DNA from: Lytechinus pictus
Lineage: Eukaryota
Reading direction: 5' to 3'
Assembly: GCF_037042905.1 (NCBI RefSeq)
Contig: NC_087249.1
Span: forward strand, 10,170,001 to 10,234,000
DNA: 64,000 nucleotides
The notes beneath the pieces were generated by a model. That model did no database searches. It was not told where the DNA came from and was given only the letters and a program-made list of their open reading frames with translations. Within the stretch, counting starts at the first letter, position 1. Each line of letters starts with the position of its first letter. Shown in pieces: positions 23,221 to 35,589 of the stretch. The translations under genes and the position numbers were made by a program.

Positions 23221-25972
23221 TTTATTTATTATTTATTAAACAATATTTCAATAGGGTGCCCTTTCAGCAAAAGCTGGTATCAAAAGGGGCCCTAAAAGCA
23301 TAAAAACAAGACATGTATATACAAGTGGTAAAACATACAAGGTAAAACAAGGTAAAAACATTATATAAATCATACATATTAGAACACAGAAAGGCATGCA
23401 AAATTGAGTTATTAAAATATTTGTGGTACAGGAATCATTGACATTTTAACATTTGCTGGACATTATATATGATTTGAGTTCTTTTTTAAAACTAGAGAGG
23501 GTGGATAGGGTTTTTAAATGAAGGGGTAAGGAATTGAACATTGATATTGAGGAAATAATGAATGAGCATTTATAGTATTCAGTATTGCATTTTGGGACAT
23601 CGAGCTGTAGATTGGAGGCGGATCGTGTATTTACGTTATATATGTTTTTCGGATACTAATTTAAAATGTTCATTAAAAAAGTCGGAAGATAAGTTATTTA
23701 AGCTCTTAAATATAAATATACATCGAAAATACATTACTCTTTGGGGAAAGGAGAACCATTCAAGTTTTTTAAATAACTGATCAGACGGGGTGAGGACGTT
23801 TGCTTTGAGTATTATTCTGGCAGCACGTTTCTGAAGTTTTATTATTTGATTTGTTTGTGTGATAAATCTTAAACCCCATACCTCACAACAATAGTCAATT
23901 TGACTTTGGATTAAACAGTTATAGATTAGTTTTGCAGTGGTAACATCAATGAATGGATTAGCCCTTTTCAGTATGGCGAGAGCAGCACATACTTTTTTAC
24001 TAACGTGTTCTACATGATCATGCCAAAGAAGTTTATCGTCTATTATGACACCTAAACACTTAGTGGAGTGAACCTTATTTATTACTTTACCATCAAACGT
24101 GATAGAAATATCTGAATCTGGATTATTATATTTGTTCATTCTTTGTCTTGATCCCAGAATCATCATATTTGTCTTTTCAACATTGAGAATTAACTTATTT
24201 AATTTTAACCATTGGTTTAAAGCATTTACATCTTCTTGTAAAGCCAATTTCATACTATCTATATCGGATCCTGATAAAAATAATGTTGTGTCGTCGGCAT
24301 ACATTAATGTAACTTGACCATTCTTTATTACATTCGGCAGGTCGTTAATAAGTACTAGAAAGAGTAGCGGACCTAATATGGATCCTTGAGGTACTCCGAT
24401 AGACACACTTTCTTTCTCAGAAATACATTTGTTATATTGAACACATTGCAATCTCATGTTGAGATACGAGTTAAACCATCTAAGTGTTTTATCGGAACAG
24501 CCAATACGCTGGAGCTTATTTAGCAGTACACTCGTGTTAACAGAGTCAAACGCACGTCTAAGATCAATAAAAACAGCGCACACAAGCTGACCATTAGGGC
24601 CGTCTGCACCATCCCGAAGTTTCAAATTAGCGCGCTATTTCTGATCCGGCAAATTATCCCGATCTGAAAAATCTCGAGATAGTTGGCGGTGCAGACGCAA
24701 TTATCGCGCTAGTTCGTAGGATTAATCTCGAGATTGCAATCCCAAGTCAACTCGGGTTTATTTGCAAAATAGCGCGCTATTTTACGAATTATCCCGCTAA
24801 TTCGTCGGTGCAGACGCACTCGAGATTGGACTCGGGGTAATTTATTCATGACGTCAGTCCATAATGCAATTCGCGTTCCACTTCCGCCTTGGTCAAAACA
24901 TAAACACGTGCGAAAGTCAACTTTATACATGCGAATAGCGTTCATAAGCAACGATGGTGTCCCCACCAGTGAATGGATTTTGGGAGAGACCCCGGGAGAG
25001 ACCAGACCGAAGGGGGAGGCGCTCATCGCATCGACGATGGTCATATTCAATAACAACACAGACAGCAGTGTTGTCTTATTCCTTCGCAAAATGTGAGCAA
25101 ATAGCATTTCTTTCCTCCTCTCCCTCTCTCTCTCCCCCTCTCTCTGTCGTTGCCTCCTACTCCGCCATCATATTTCACGAAGAATACATCACTTCTTCAC
25201 TCGCTGAGCTGAAAGGATTGTTGCATAACACCGGTTGAATTCGGCGAAAGTACTAGTGAAAGGAGTTCATTGCTTGCATATCGCGGGAAGTTATTCAAAA
25301 GCGCGGGCCGTTGAAACTCCAAGATCCGAAAGTGCGCATGCCCGGAATATCGGGCTTGTTGCCTCGCTCGAGCAGATAGCTCCTCGTGGGATGGTGCAGA
25401 CGGGGTTTCTTGAATCTCGAGATTAATCGCGAAGAGGGCTGATCGGGCTAAAATCTCGAGATTGAGCAAACTCGGGATGGTGCAGCACCGCCTATTGTCT
25501 ATTGCTTTAGACCAGTGATCCGTCATTGAAGCTAAAGCGGCTGCGGTTGAGTGACCCGGTCGGAAACCGAATTGTACTTTACTCAAGATTGACTTTTTGG
25601 TAAGATAATCGTAGAATTGTTGATGGGCAAGTCTTTCAATTATTTTGCTTATCGTGGGGAGAATTGAAATTGGGCGATAGTTACTTAAATTTGAAGTGTC
25701 ACCTTTTTTATAAATGGGTAAGACTTTTGCGCATTTCCATTCATCAGGGTAGGTGCTCTCCAAAAAGGATTGATTGATGAAATTTGTAATGTAGGGTAGA
25801 ACAGTTTGAATTGAAATCTTTAACGGTTTCGCTCCGATGCCATCCAAAGCGCACGCTTTAGATTCTTTTAACAAATTGAAAACCTTCTTTACCATATCTT
25901 CATTTACGGGTGAGAAGTTAAACGTATCTTCTGGTGGTATTGAATTACACGCTATGTTATCATTCTGGTTAT
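23221..25972 (-). mobile_element. L2/CR1-type LINE B (ORF2 reverse transcriptase), 5'-truncated, nested in LINE A
   Basis: ORFs 25197..25895 (NYRPISILP, QFGFRPGHST) and 23636..24625 (FIDLRRAFDSVN, GVPQGSILGPLLF, YADD) join in frame as ...AIDNGQLV... once the 24596-25493 insert is removed. (TAAA)n tail at ~23221-23240; candidate TSD TATTTA (23215-23220 / 25973-25978). Confidence 0.92.
24596..25493. mobile_element. PIF/Harbinger-like MITE nested in LINE B
   Basis: 3-bp TSD ATT; imperfect TIRs AGGGCCGTCTGCACCATCCCGA / TCGGGATGGTGCAGCACCGCCT; GC-rich. Confidence 0.85.
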
Positions 25973-26285
25973 TATTTATACATACAAATAGCTATTTGTA
26001 TGGTATTTATATCATATATCTTATACGTTTTTAGACGATAAAAAGATGATCAGTGTGTGAAAGATATGTTGATTTTGTGCAGATCCTAACAGCTTTTTTT
26101 TGTAATAAAAGTAAATGTTCAAGGTTGGTTTTACTACAGTTTCCCGAAATAAGGTTACGATAATTTATATATGGTAGTACCAATGCATTTTATATCATTA
26201 AAAGGGAATGCTCTGGCAAAAAATACTTCAATTTGTATAATATTCCAATTCCTTTAGCCATTGATGAGGATATATTGCTTACGTG

Positions 26286-26396
26286 CAGGGGTGTCGATCC
26301 ATTTTTCAGATTGGGGGGGGGGGGGGCAAAATCATGAATCAACTTTCCAAAGGCGCTCGATCACACAAAACAAACTCACACACACACACACATATG

Positions 26397-26457
<61 letters not shown>

Positions 26458-27193
26458 GACTCATGAGATGTCTCATCAACAAATTAATGCGAACGCGAAG
26501 CGCGAGCTGAAATTTTTTAGTATACTGACCTGATAACAGGAAAAAGGTGCCTGTTTAGGACTGTTTGAAGTAGTAACTCATGAGGAGAATACATATCTCA
26601 ATACACAAATAATGCGAGTGCCGAGAGCGAGCTGAAATTTCTTTATATTCTGACCTGAAAGCTTGATATTCTAAGCATTTTTGGTACCAATGATTAAGAT
26701 GGGTATCTAAAAAAGCAATAGATGCGAGCGCGAGCTGAAAATTTTGATATTTCGATCTGAAAAAAAATTGAGTTCAGTGGACGTTTTTAATACAGAACAA
26801 GGTATATATTCAACAAAAGATTATTGCATATCGAAGCGTTAGTTCTTTTTAGGTTTAGACCTGAAAGCGGGACATTCTATTCACCTATTTAATCATTGAA
26901 AAGTATGGGTTTTTGCTACAGAAATGATGCGAGCGCGAAGCGCGAGCTGAAAATTGTTATATTCCAATCTGAAAAGCTGACATTTTGAGCACGATTTTAA
27001 ATAAAGAACGAGTTGTTTATCTTAATCTCGCTTGCTGATTTCTGTGTAATATTACAATCTTATTTTATTTTTTGTACATGCAGAATTATTGGGGGGCAAA
27101 ACGATATGTTTGCCCCCCCAATATTTTCATTGGTGGGGCGATCGCCCCCCCCCCCTTGCCCCCCCCCCCCCCCCCCCATGATCGACGCCTCTG
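26286..27193. mobile_element. Non-autonomous hAT element nested in LINE A
   Basis: 8-bp TSD CTTACGTG (26278-26285 / 27194-27201); TIRs CAGGGGTGTCGATC / GATCGACGCCTCTG. Confidence 0.92.
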
Positions 27194-27891
27194 CTTACGT
27201 GTTGGTTCCATGATAAATGTTTGTCTATTGTAATACCAAGAAATTTCACATATTCTTTTTTATCTATTGGCTCATTGTCAATTAGAATGTCTTGGGGAAA
27301 ATCGTCATTCCTATGAGTAGTTTGAAAATGAACAAAATGAGTTTTACTTATGTTTAAATATAACTTGTTACATTTAAACCACGACGAAACATTTTTTAAT
27401 TCCAAATTCATTGTATTAATCAATTCATCTAAATTTCTTTGAGATAATAAACTGTTGGAGTCGTCAGCATATAAAATAAACGAAAGAATTTAGGAAGAAT
27501 TTACTATATCATTGATATATATTAAAAACAGAAGTGGCCCGAAAATCGAACCTTGTGGCACTCCACAATTAGGACAACGGAGATTTAATATCATTAATAG
27601 AGACGAATTGTTGTCGATTTGAAAGGTAACTTTTAATCCATGACAGATAATTTTTAAAAAATTATCTGCCAAGTCTTCCCCTGGCCTTATTTTATTTACT
27701 TGTCTCCCTCCTCTTATTTTTTCATTTTCTTTTTTTCCCCTCCGGCTTTCTTTCACCTTCTTTTATTTTTTCCTTTCCCCTTTTTTCATTTTTTGTCCCG
27801 CTAATAGGGGGTGCCCGGGCCCCCCTGCGTACGCGACTGCATGTTGCCTACTGAAGAATGGATTCAAATGGATTCACATACATGTACTTAC

Positions 27892-28733
27892 CAAAAATGA
27901 CCATATAACATATTCACTGCTGGCCTTACCAACAAACGCAAGAGTATGTCCAATCCCGCGTGTTCTTAACTTCAAGCCAGTCCCATCGTTTGAGTATGGT
28001 ATTATGTTTGTATCCAATGCGGGTTCATATGGTAAATAGAAACTACAATCTGGAGTAAAAAAAAAATGCTACGAAACTATAGGAACGATGTATTTCAAAC
28101 CGAGAGGGATTGTGGCTCAGTAGATAAGTCTCCAGACTTTGAACCGGGTTCGAATCCCAACGCAGTACTCGCGTCCTTTGGCAAGGCCCTAATCTACATT
28201 TGCCACTCTCCACCCAGGTATAGTAAGTGGATACCCGGTATAGAAAGAAATTCCGAGCGTCCGATAAAAATGTAGCCGTGCTAAAGCCGGGGAATGAGTA
28301 CTAGTATGCGTCGCTTAGAAGCATTGTTTCCTGTTTTCAAAATCATAGTTCACTCAATATTTCGTTTTTGCTTTTTCCGTTTCCAAATCGGGAAAAAATG
28401 AATTATCTGATAGTATACCTTGATTAGGTAGGCCTACCAATTTACTACACCTGGGTGAAGAGTGGCAAATGTATATCGCCTGGTAAGAGGACCCGATTTG
28501 GTGCTGTATAGTGCGGTTCGAAAATATATTTTCATTTTCATGCTGACTTTCAAAATCGAACTAATCATACAACATAAAGGCCTTTGATAGAGTTAAAGTC
28601 AAAGCAAGATGTGTGACTCATAATTATCATTAAAGTGACTTACATTGGCAGTATTTCCCTGCATAATGTTTTGGGCACCGACATCTCTGAATGCCGCCTT
28701 CTTCTTCTCGGATCCCACCGTTCTTACAAGGAT
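27892..28733 (-). pseudogene. Partial paralogous copy of the EGF/FAMeT gene (exons 3 and 4 only)
   Basis: EGF exon 28733-28644 is identical to 13131-13042. The FAMeT exon 28049-27892 is 158 nt at the homologous donor (frameshifted), though an internal in-phase G|GTAAGG donor exists. No counterparts of exons 1, 2 or 5 were found in the duplicated block. Confidence 0.7.
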
Positions 28734-28917
28734 CTATAATTATATGAGACGTATTATATAGGTATACATTTCAGATGTCATACCAAAGGATCATAATGAT
28801 GATGATAATAATAATAACAATAATAATGATAATAATAATAATAATGATGTAAGATGATAATAGTAATAATAATAATGATAATAATAATAATAATTATAAT
28901 AATAATAATAATAATAA

Positions 28918-29530
28918 GGAAGGCACAACAGAGTAGCTGCTGCAGTTCATTGGGGTCTGGCCAAGAAGTACCATTTACCCCATGCGGAAAAATGGTACGA
29001 ACATCGGGCAGAGCCTGTAGTAGAGAACGACGATGTAAAACTTTTATGGGATTTTAATATCCAGACAGACAAGGTCATTGAAGCTAGACGACCAGACATC
29101 GTTCTCTTAAAGAAGAAGGAAAAGGAATGTCTCATCATAGATATTGCGATTCCGGGAGACTGCAGATCGAGCTTGGCGTAAAGAGGAGGAAAATATACAG
29201 AAGTATAACGATCTGGCATGGGAGCTGAGAAGGATATGGAAGGTGAAGACGAAGGTGGTACCAATAGTCATCGGAGCCTTAGGAACAGTGACAACAAGAC
29301 ACAGAAGCTTTCTGGCTGTTCTAGGAGTCGAGGTGTCCTTTGAAACGATACAGAAGGCAAGCTTGCTTGGAACAGCTCATATCTTACGGAAGGTCTTGAA
29401 TTAGAAAGAGAAGTGAACAATGAGAAGAGGACCCATTTGATAGAATATAGAACAATAACCCTAGATTTCTGGAAGAAGTCCGGTTGCTGTTTGATATACC
29501 AACAGAACATCAAGTTGTGGACAATGGAAA
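28918..29530 (+). mobile_element. 3' fragment of an R4/Dong-clade non-LTR retrotransposon (restriction-like endonuclease domain)
   Basis: RHNRVAAAVHW...LLWDFNIQTDKVIEARRPDIVL...IIDIAIPGD, a frameshift, then KYNDLAWELRRIW...VVPIVIGALG...QKASLLGTAHILRKVL*; flanked on both sides by (TAA)n. Confidence 0.88.
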
Positions 29531-30063
29531 TAATAATGATAATAATAATAATAATAATAATGCAACACTTATCCCCGCCCCCCCCCCCCCCGCAGCAAAA
29601 AGAAAAAGAAAAAAAGAAAGGGAAATTAAAGGAAAGGGGGTAAAAGGAAAATAAAAATGGGGTGGAAAAAGTCATGTTGGAACGGCCCTGCACCCTAATT
29701 CCCACATGAAAATGAAATTGGCGAAGATGGAAGAAAAAGAAAAAAATTAAGTGTTACGATGTATTTCTATATCCTGTTCATGATATACCTACACACCCTC
29801 TCCCATTCGGTCGCTTCGCTCCTTTGCAATAGACCAGTTCGTAGTTACTTCATGGACAATTTTGGTCCGTGAATGATCTTTCATTTCTTTCATTATATAT
29901 GCTAGGCAGATTTCAAAGCAAGATATTACGTAAGCTTGCCTTACATAGCAGGATGAAGAAATTGAATAGACCAGTTGACTAGAATAGCACACCAATGAAC
30001 ACTTTATGAAGGTATTTGTTGCATTCCTACTTTGAATGCTTATCATAGCATGTTGCACAATGT

Positions 30064-32451
30064 CAGTGGCGTAGCTATGGGGGGACACGTACCCCCCCTG
30101 AGATTTGGTGTGCCCCCCCCCCCCCCCGGTGCCCCCCCCCCCCCTGAAAAAAATTGGCGGAGCAAAAAAAAAAAAGGGAGAAAGAAGAAAAGAAAAAGAA
30201 GGGGAAAGACAGAAGGAAAAAAGAAGAGGAAAATAAGAGGAAGACGAGTGAATAAAATAATTTTTGGGGAAGACTTGTAAAAAAAATCTTTCATGTTACT
30301 AAATAAAAATTTCTCTCACGCTTCGCGCTCGATATGATTCATATCTTGCTCAATAGGCTGATATGGAGCTTAACAAATATCAAGTTTTGAAGTCAATGTA
30401 CAAAACATATTTCAGCTCAGACATCGAGCTTTCAGTATTTTTTCCATTTACAAATTTAATGCACTCTGTAAAAAGTATGTTAATATGGTCTACATATCAA
30501 CATTTTAAGCTCACGCTGCATGCGTGGTCGCATTATTTGATTTGCCAAGTTCCTATTGTCTTTGTGTATTCCATAAAGTTGTCAAAATATCAATTTTCAG
30601 ATGTGACTGTCAAAACGTAGGCCTATTTAGCGCTGCGCGCTCGCATTTTGATTGGTGAGTATACTCTATATCAATTCTATATAAGCAAACAAAACCCCCA
30701 GGCCTTTTCATTACATTTTATTTTAAAAAATTCAGCTCGCGATTTGCGCTCGCATTAATGGTTTAAAATGTATTAACCATTGTAATGCGTAGGCCCCTAT
30801 TCATAATTTAAAAATGCTTAAAATTTCTAGTTTTCAAGCCTTAAAACCAACAACTTCCACACTGTCATACGCATATTAGATTAACAAATAAGAAAACTAT
30901 CATTTTCATGAAATTCCTATTAACTAATTTGGGTCTTTTCAGAATGGAATATCGACAAGCTTAGGAATAATAGGAAGATAGTCATCATTTTCATATGACA
31001 AAATCTCCTTAGAATGTCCCGGTCCTTTGTTAAAACAATAACAAAAAATATCAGCTTGCGCTTCGCGCTCGCATCATTCATTAAGTGTGATCCATATCCA
31101 CTTCTCAATTTTCCTACACAGTACTTTGCGCTCGCATTAATGGTTAAGAATGTATTAACCATTGTAATGCGTATTCATAATTTTAAAATGCTTAAAATTT
31201 CTAGTTTTCAAGCCTTAAAACCAACAACTTCCACACTGTCATACGCATATTAGATTAACAAATAAGAAAATATCATTTTCATGAAATTCCTATTAACTAA
31301 TTTGGGTCTTTTCAGAATGGAATATCGACAAGCTTAGGAATAATAGGAAGATAGTCATCATTTTCATATGACAAAATCTCCTTAGAATATCCCGGTCCTT
31401 TGTTAAAACAATAACAAAAAATATCAGCTTGCGCTTCGCGCTCGCATCATTCATTAAGTGTGATCCACATCCACTTCTCAATTTTCCTACACAGTACTTG
31501 AAAAATGGTGTTTAAATTAACCTTTTTCAGATTGTAATATCAAATGTTTTCAGCTCCTCTTGCATTATTGATCTTCATGATTAAAAAGATGTATTCAGAA
31601 TGCCCAGATTCTAGGTCTAAATCTAGAAATAAAACGCGCGCACGCATGTTTATTGAGACAGCCTGCATGTTCTTTATTTAAAATATGCTTAAATTATCCA
31701 GTTGCAGATCAGAATATCAATAATTGTCAGCTCGCGCTTCACGCTCGCACTATTAATGATACCCAATTAACCATATCATATTCATGATTTACAAAATATG
31801 AATAGAGTGTCCCGCTTTTAGGTCTACTAGTATATCTCAATTTTCTTCAGGCATTCGCATTAATAATTGTTTAATTGCATACCTATCCAATTTATGATTA
31901 CAGAAAGTGCTTAGAATGTCCTTTTTTAGGTTGGAATGACAAAAAGTTTTAGCTCGAGCTTCGCGCTCCCATTATTGAAATATGTACCGTATTTGTGGGT
32001 ATAGCTGTAAACAGTCTTAACAGGTCCCTTTCCGATCATGCTAGAACATTTATTAAAAATTTCTGCTAGCGCTTGGCGTCCGCAGTAATTATCAAGTTAC
32101 ATACGCATCTTGTTCAGGGTCACAAACATTGCCAAGAATGTTAAATTTTCAGGACAAAATACATGAAAGATTTAAAAAAATTCGCTCGCGCTTCGCGCTC
32201 GCTCTTTTTTTATATTGGGCTTATGAGATTATTTCATATTTATGTTGTTTTATAAGAATAAAGCTAAGAAGCGACTGATCAGGGAAAATATAGGTGAAGA
32301 TAATTTTGGGCCCCATCCCCTATTGGCGAAAGTCGGATCCGCCCTTGAGACACATACACACACATACATAACAAAAAATGTGCCCCCCTGAAAAAGCAAG
32401 GACCCCCCAGTGCCCCCCCCCCCCCAGGAAAAAATCCTAGCTACGTTACTG
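30064..32451. mobile_element. Non-autonomous hAT-like element with 5-bp TSD (hAT5-like)
   Basis: TIRs CAGTGGCGTAGCTA / TAGCTACGTTACTG; AATGT on both sides; many GCGCTTCGCGCTCGC motifs; internal ~375-bp direct duplication (~30745-31125 / 31126-31498). Confidence 0.8.
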
Positions 32452-34299
32452 AATGTAATTGTTAAAAATTCCTTTCACGATTCCAGACAAATTAAGAGAA
32501 TGTTATTATGTTTACCCTTTTTATCAAGTATTCAATACCCAGCCACTGGTCTAGACAGTGAGAGCAATGAATCCACGACCAACTGACGCGTCTTTTGTCA
32601 ATAAAATCTAAAGAGATTCGCGTTAATGTTCATAAAATTAAAATCGAGTGTATGAAAACGGGTATTGATGAAACTTTCCTGTGGTTCGAAGAGCTAATCT
32701 TACCACACTGCAAAAACTCCGGTGTTGATTTAACACCAGCCCGGAATATATATCTGTCCACACCAGAGAAGTATTGAAATAACACCAGTTTGAAATCAAA
32801 CCGATGCTGTTTTAATACTAATTGGTGTTGTATAAACACATATCTGGTGTTAGACCAAAACCAAACTGGTGTTGTTTAACACTTCTCTGGTGTGGACATA
32901 TTATATAGATTCCGGGCTGGTGTTAAATCAACACCGGAGATTTTTCAGTGCAAGATCGGAATACTTATGAGGACAACATTTTTATGTAGTGACTTGGGTA
33001 GGAGCTTGAGTACAGGTGTCACAAGTCTATGATTACAAAAGGAAGGAAAAATAATAATTCGACGTACCCAACCCAATCCGATGTTTTTTTAAATTTGATA
33101 TTGCTGATTGACAAAGTCAAAAGTCAATATCTAACGCTGATTATAGGGAGGATAATTACTGAACTTCCTTTGCCCAAATTGGGAAGAAATATCGATGATT
33201 TTTAAACCATTTTTGACTGGCGGAAGCTAGAATTATGGTTACTTTACTGTTTCAGGTGATGAATTTGATACCGTACGTCAGGAGATATCTTCTTAAATGC
33301 CATGATCTATCTTTAAAATGAGCCGGTGGAGGTAACCTTTCTGGACGTCAGATATATGCAATGTCACCTATCCACTGGTACTTTTAGTGGTATAATTATG
33401 TTAACATTCAACCCTCTAATTTCGCGTATACGGTTGGTCATATATATATCAAGGGCATTCATGTTGACTCGATGTTGTTAATCCTAGGTCAAAATTGAAG
33501 CAAAAGAAAAGAAAAACAAACTTATCTTTACATATCCATCAACGAATTTGTAGATCCGCAAAGGAATCCGTATCGATCCGTGACCGGGAATCCGTAGATC
33601 CGTTAACCGAATCCGTATAGATCCGTTAATTATTGATCCCGAACTATTTAAATAAGGCTTATAAGATTATTATATATTTATGTTGGTTTATAAGAATAAA
33701 GTTAAGTGACTATATTAGGACTATACCACTCAAAGAAACAAACAAAAATCAACTTCGAGCGGCCGATCGGGGGAAAAGACTGAAAAATTTTCCGCCCCCC
33801 CTCCTTATATTGGCGAAGGCTGGATCCGTCCCTCGGTGAAGAACAGCCTAATGATAATAAAAGATGATCACCACAATAAATTTCTAAGTAAATCTATCAT
33901 TATATCGCATAGGCGGCTAGGCCTACAACTGAATCTCCCTATATATAGTTATCGATTAATTCCATATTGCTCAAAACAGAGAGACTTCATGCGTGAATAA
34001 TAAGTTTAGTTCATTTTTGTTTGTCTGTTTCGGGAGACGAAATGCACCTCTTTGGACAGGGGTGGATTAAAGATTTTCCAAAGGGGGATTATATTTTCCC
34101 CAAGGAAAATTTGGACAAGTAAAAAAAAAAGGTCATCGCTTAAATGTATTAATTTATTGCCATTTGTGCTGTAACTTTCAAAAGGGGGCTCTCAAAAGGG
34201 GGGAGGGCACGGGCCAGATGTGCAGCCCCCTGGATCCGCCACTGCACTTGGAATAATCTGGAACTGCATCTGGGCTCGGGACCTGGGCTCATATCATGC

Positions 34300-34481
34300 A
34301 CTGAATGGCACTGCAGAAAATGGGAACAAAATTAAAATTGCCGAGTATCTTGTGATATGGGGTCGATTTGAAATATTGACTGACGATCGAATGAGCATAG
34401 CACGAGTTGTTTGACTACCGTATCCATACACCTGATAAAGCTCATAACAGACAAGAAGAGCTAGAGGGACTGAAAAGGCGC
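34300..34481 (+). promoter_or_regulatory. Probable non-coding first exon / promoter region of CENP-H
   Basis: Apparently unique sequence ending in a consensus donor GC|GTAAGT (GT at 34482), followed by a CpG-rich patch (34620-34680). The ATG-bearing exon at 46536 has a splice acceptor, so an upstream exon is required. The start coordinate is approximate. Confidence 0.45.
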
Positions 34482-34693
34482 GTAAGTTTGAATCTACTAT
34501 TCATGTTCTACTAGGCCTACTAGTAAACTCTTGATGACAATCTGATCTGTTTGGCATCTGTTTAACTAGGGGTTATCTTCTTTTATTGTAGGTTTAGAAT
34601 TAGATATTTGCTAAATTGCAACTCGGCGGCCCGACGACCCAGCGGCAGCGCAGCTAGCGCGGCGCGCGCCGAGGACGAAATCTACCCCTGGCC

Positions 34694-35138
34694 TAGACAG
34701 CTGGCAGCCGTCTGTTTCGAGGAGTTTTTTAACATTTTTTTTTTTTTTTTTCTCCTCATACACAGACGGCTCGCTAGCGTGCAGCCACCATTAGGGGACT
34801 TGCAATGCAAAATCCCCCCGTCGGGGCTCTTCAATTTTTGTCTTTAATGAGTAAAAATTTTGAAAATTCACGCGACCAAAATGCAAATTAATATTCCCTC
34901 TTGGCATCAATTGCCCAAAAACTGAGAAAAATCAAGTTAAAAGGAACAAAAACAGTGACTTACCTCGGCTGTCGCGCAAATTCACTTCCCCGTTATATCC
35001 GATCTTAAGTACATAAACATATGGCCATTGAGTCCCCTGTACAGATCGCGCTAGAACTTCGGTCTCTGTATTTGGTGAGTGAAGCCAACGGAGTTCAGCT
35101 GAACAACCAACATAACAGAGACCGAAGCTTTTGGTCTA
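34694..35138. mobile_element. 9-bp-TSD element (TAGAC...GTCTA), body type I, with terminal hairpin
   Basis: Perfect TSD CCCCTGGCC (34685-34693 / 35139-35147); homologous to 42911-44790. Confidence 0.88.
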
Positions 35139-35589
35139 CCCCTGGCCCTGCATTCCGCCGGGCTCAGCTCGGGGCGGTGCCATGGCCTGGGTCTTCTCGA
35201 CGGTCGACTCGGGCTTTGGCGCAAATCCTGAGCCCGGCCCCAAACTAAATACATAGGCGAATCCAGGGGGGGGGGGGGGCCGAGGGTCCCGGGCCCCTTT
35301 TGGCGGAACAAAAAAAAGGAAAGAAAGAAAAAATGGGAAAAAAGGCAAAAAGGAAGGAAAAGAGAGAAGAAAAAAAGAAGAGGAGGAAGATGAGTGAATA
35401 AAATAAGATGTGTGGAAGACTTGGAAAATAAAATTAAAAAGAATCTTTCATGCCACTATAAGTCTAGGCCTATATATTATAAAATTTTCGCTCGCATTGC
35501 CTGTTGGGTGCTTTTCATATCTTGTTCAATATGGAGTTTAAGAGTCAAGTTTGGAAGTCAATATACAAAACATATTTCATCTCGGAAAT

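Larger units (their letters stand above)
22630..27570 (-). mobile_element. CR1/L2-type LINE A, 5'-truncated and interrupted
   Basis: RT motifs CGVPQGSIFGPLLFLIYIND...YADDS and KFLGITIDKHLSW at 27570-27200. The frame continues at 26277-25975 and 23220-22960 (…CMYKY|HYKLLPP…GPDIWNTLP). Simple-repeat tail at ~22630-22650. Confidence 0.85.
9205..33605. repeat. Tandem segmental duplication (copy A ~9205-16624, copy B ~20900-33605)
   Basis: Colinear blocks: 9205-9720~20900-21420, 11295-11650~27844-28180, 12730-13140~28330-28740, 13415-13760~28745-29825, 15045-15300~32455-32680, 15870-16620~32970-33605. The copies differ mainly by TE insertions. Confidence 0.88.

Noticed and set aside
24709..25426. 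Several 60-130 aa ORFs
   Set aside because: They lie within the GC-rich MITE and have no recognisable motifs.
35057..35138. Hammerhead ribozyme or miRNA in the repeated hairpin
   Set aside because: No CTGATGA/GAAA catalytic core on either strand; TSDs show the hairpin is a transposon terminus.
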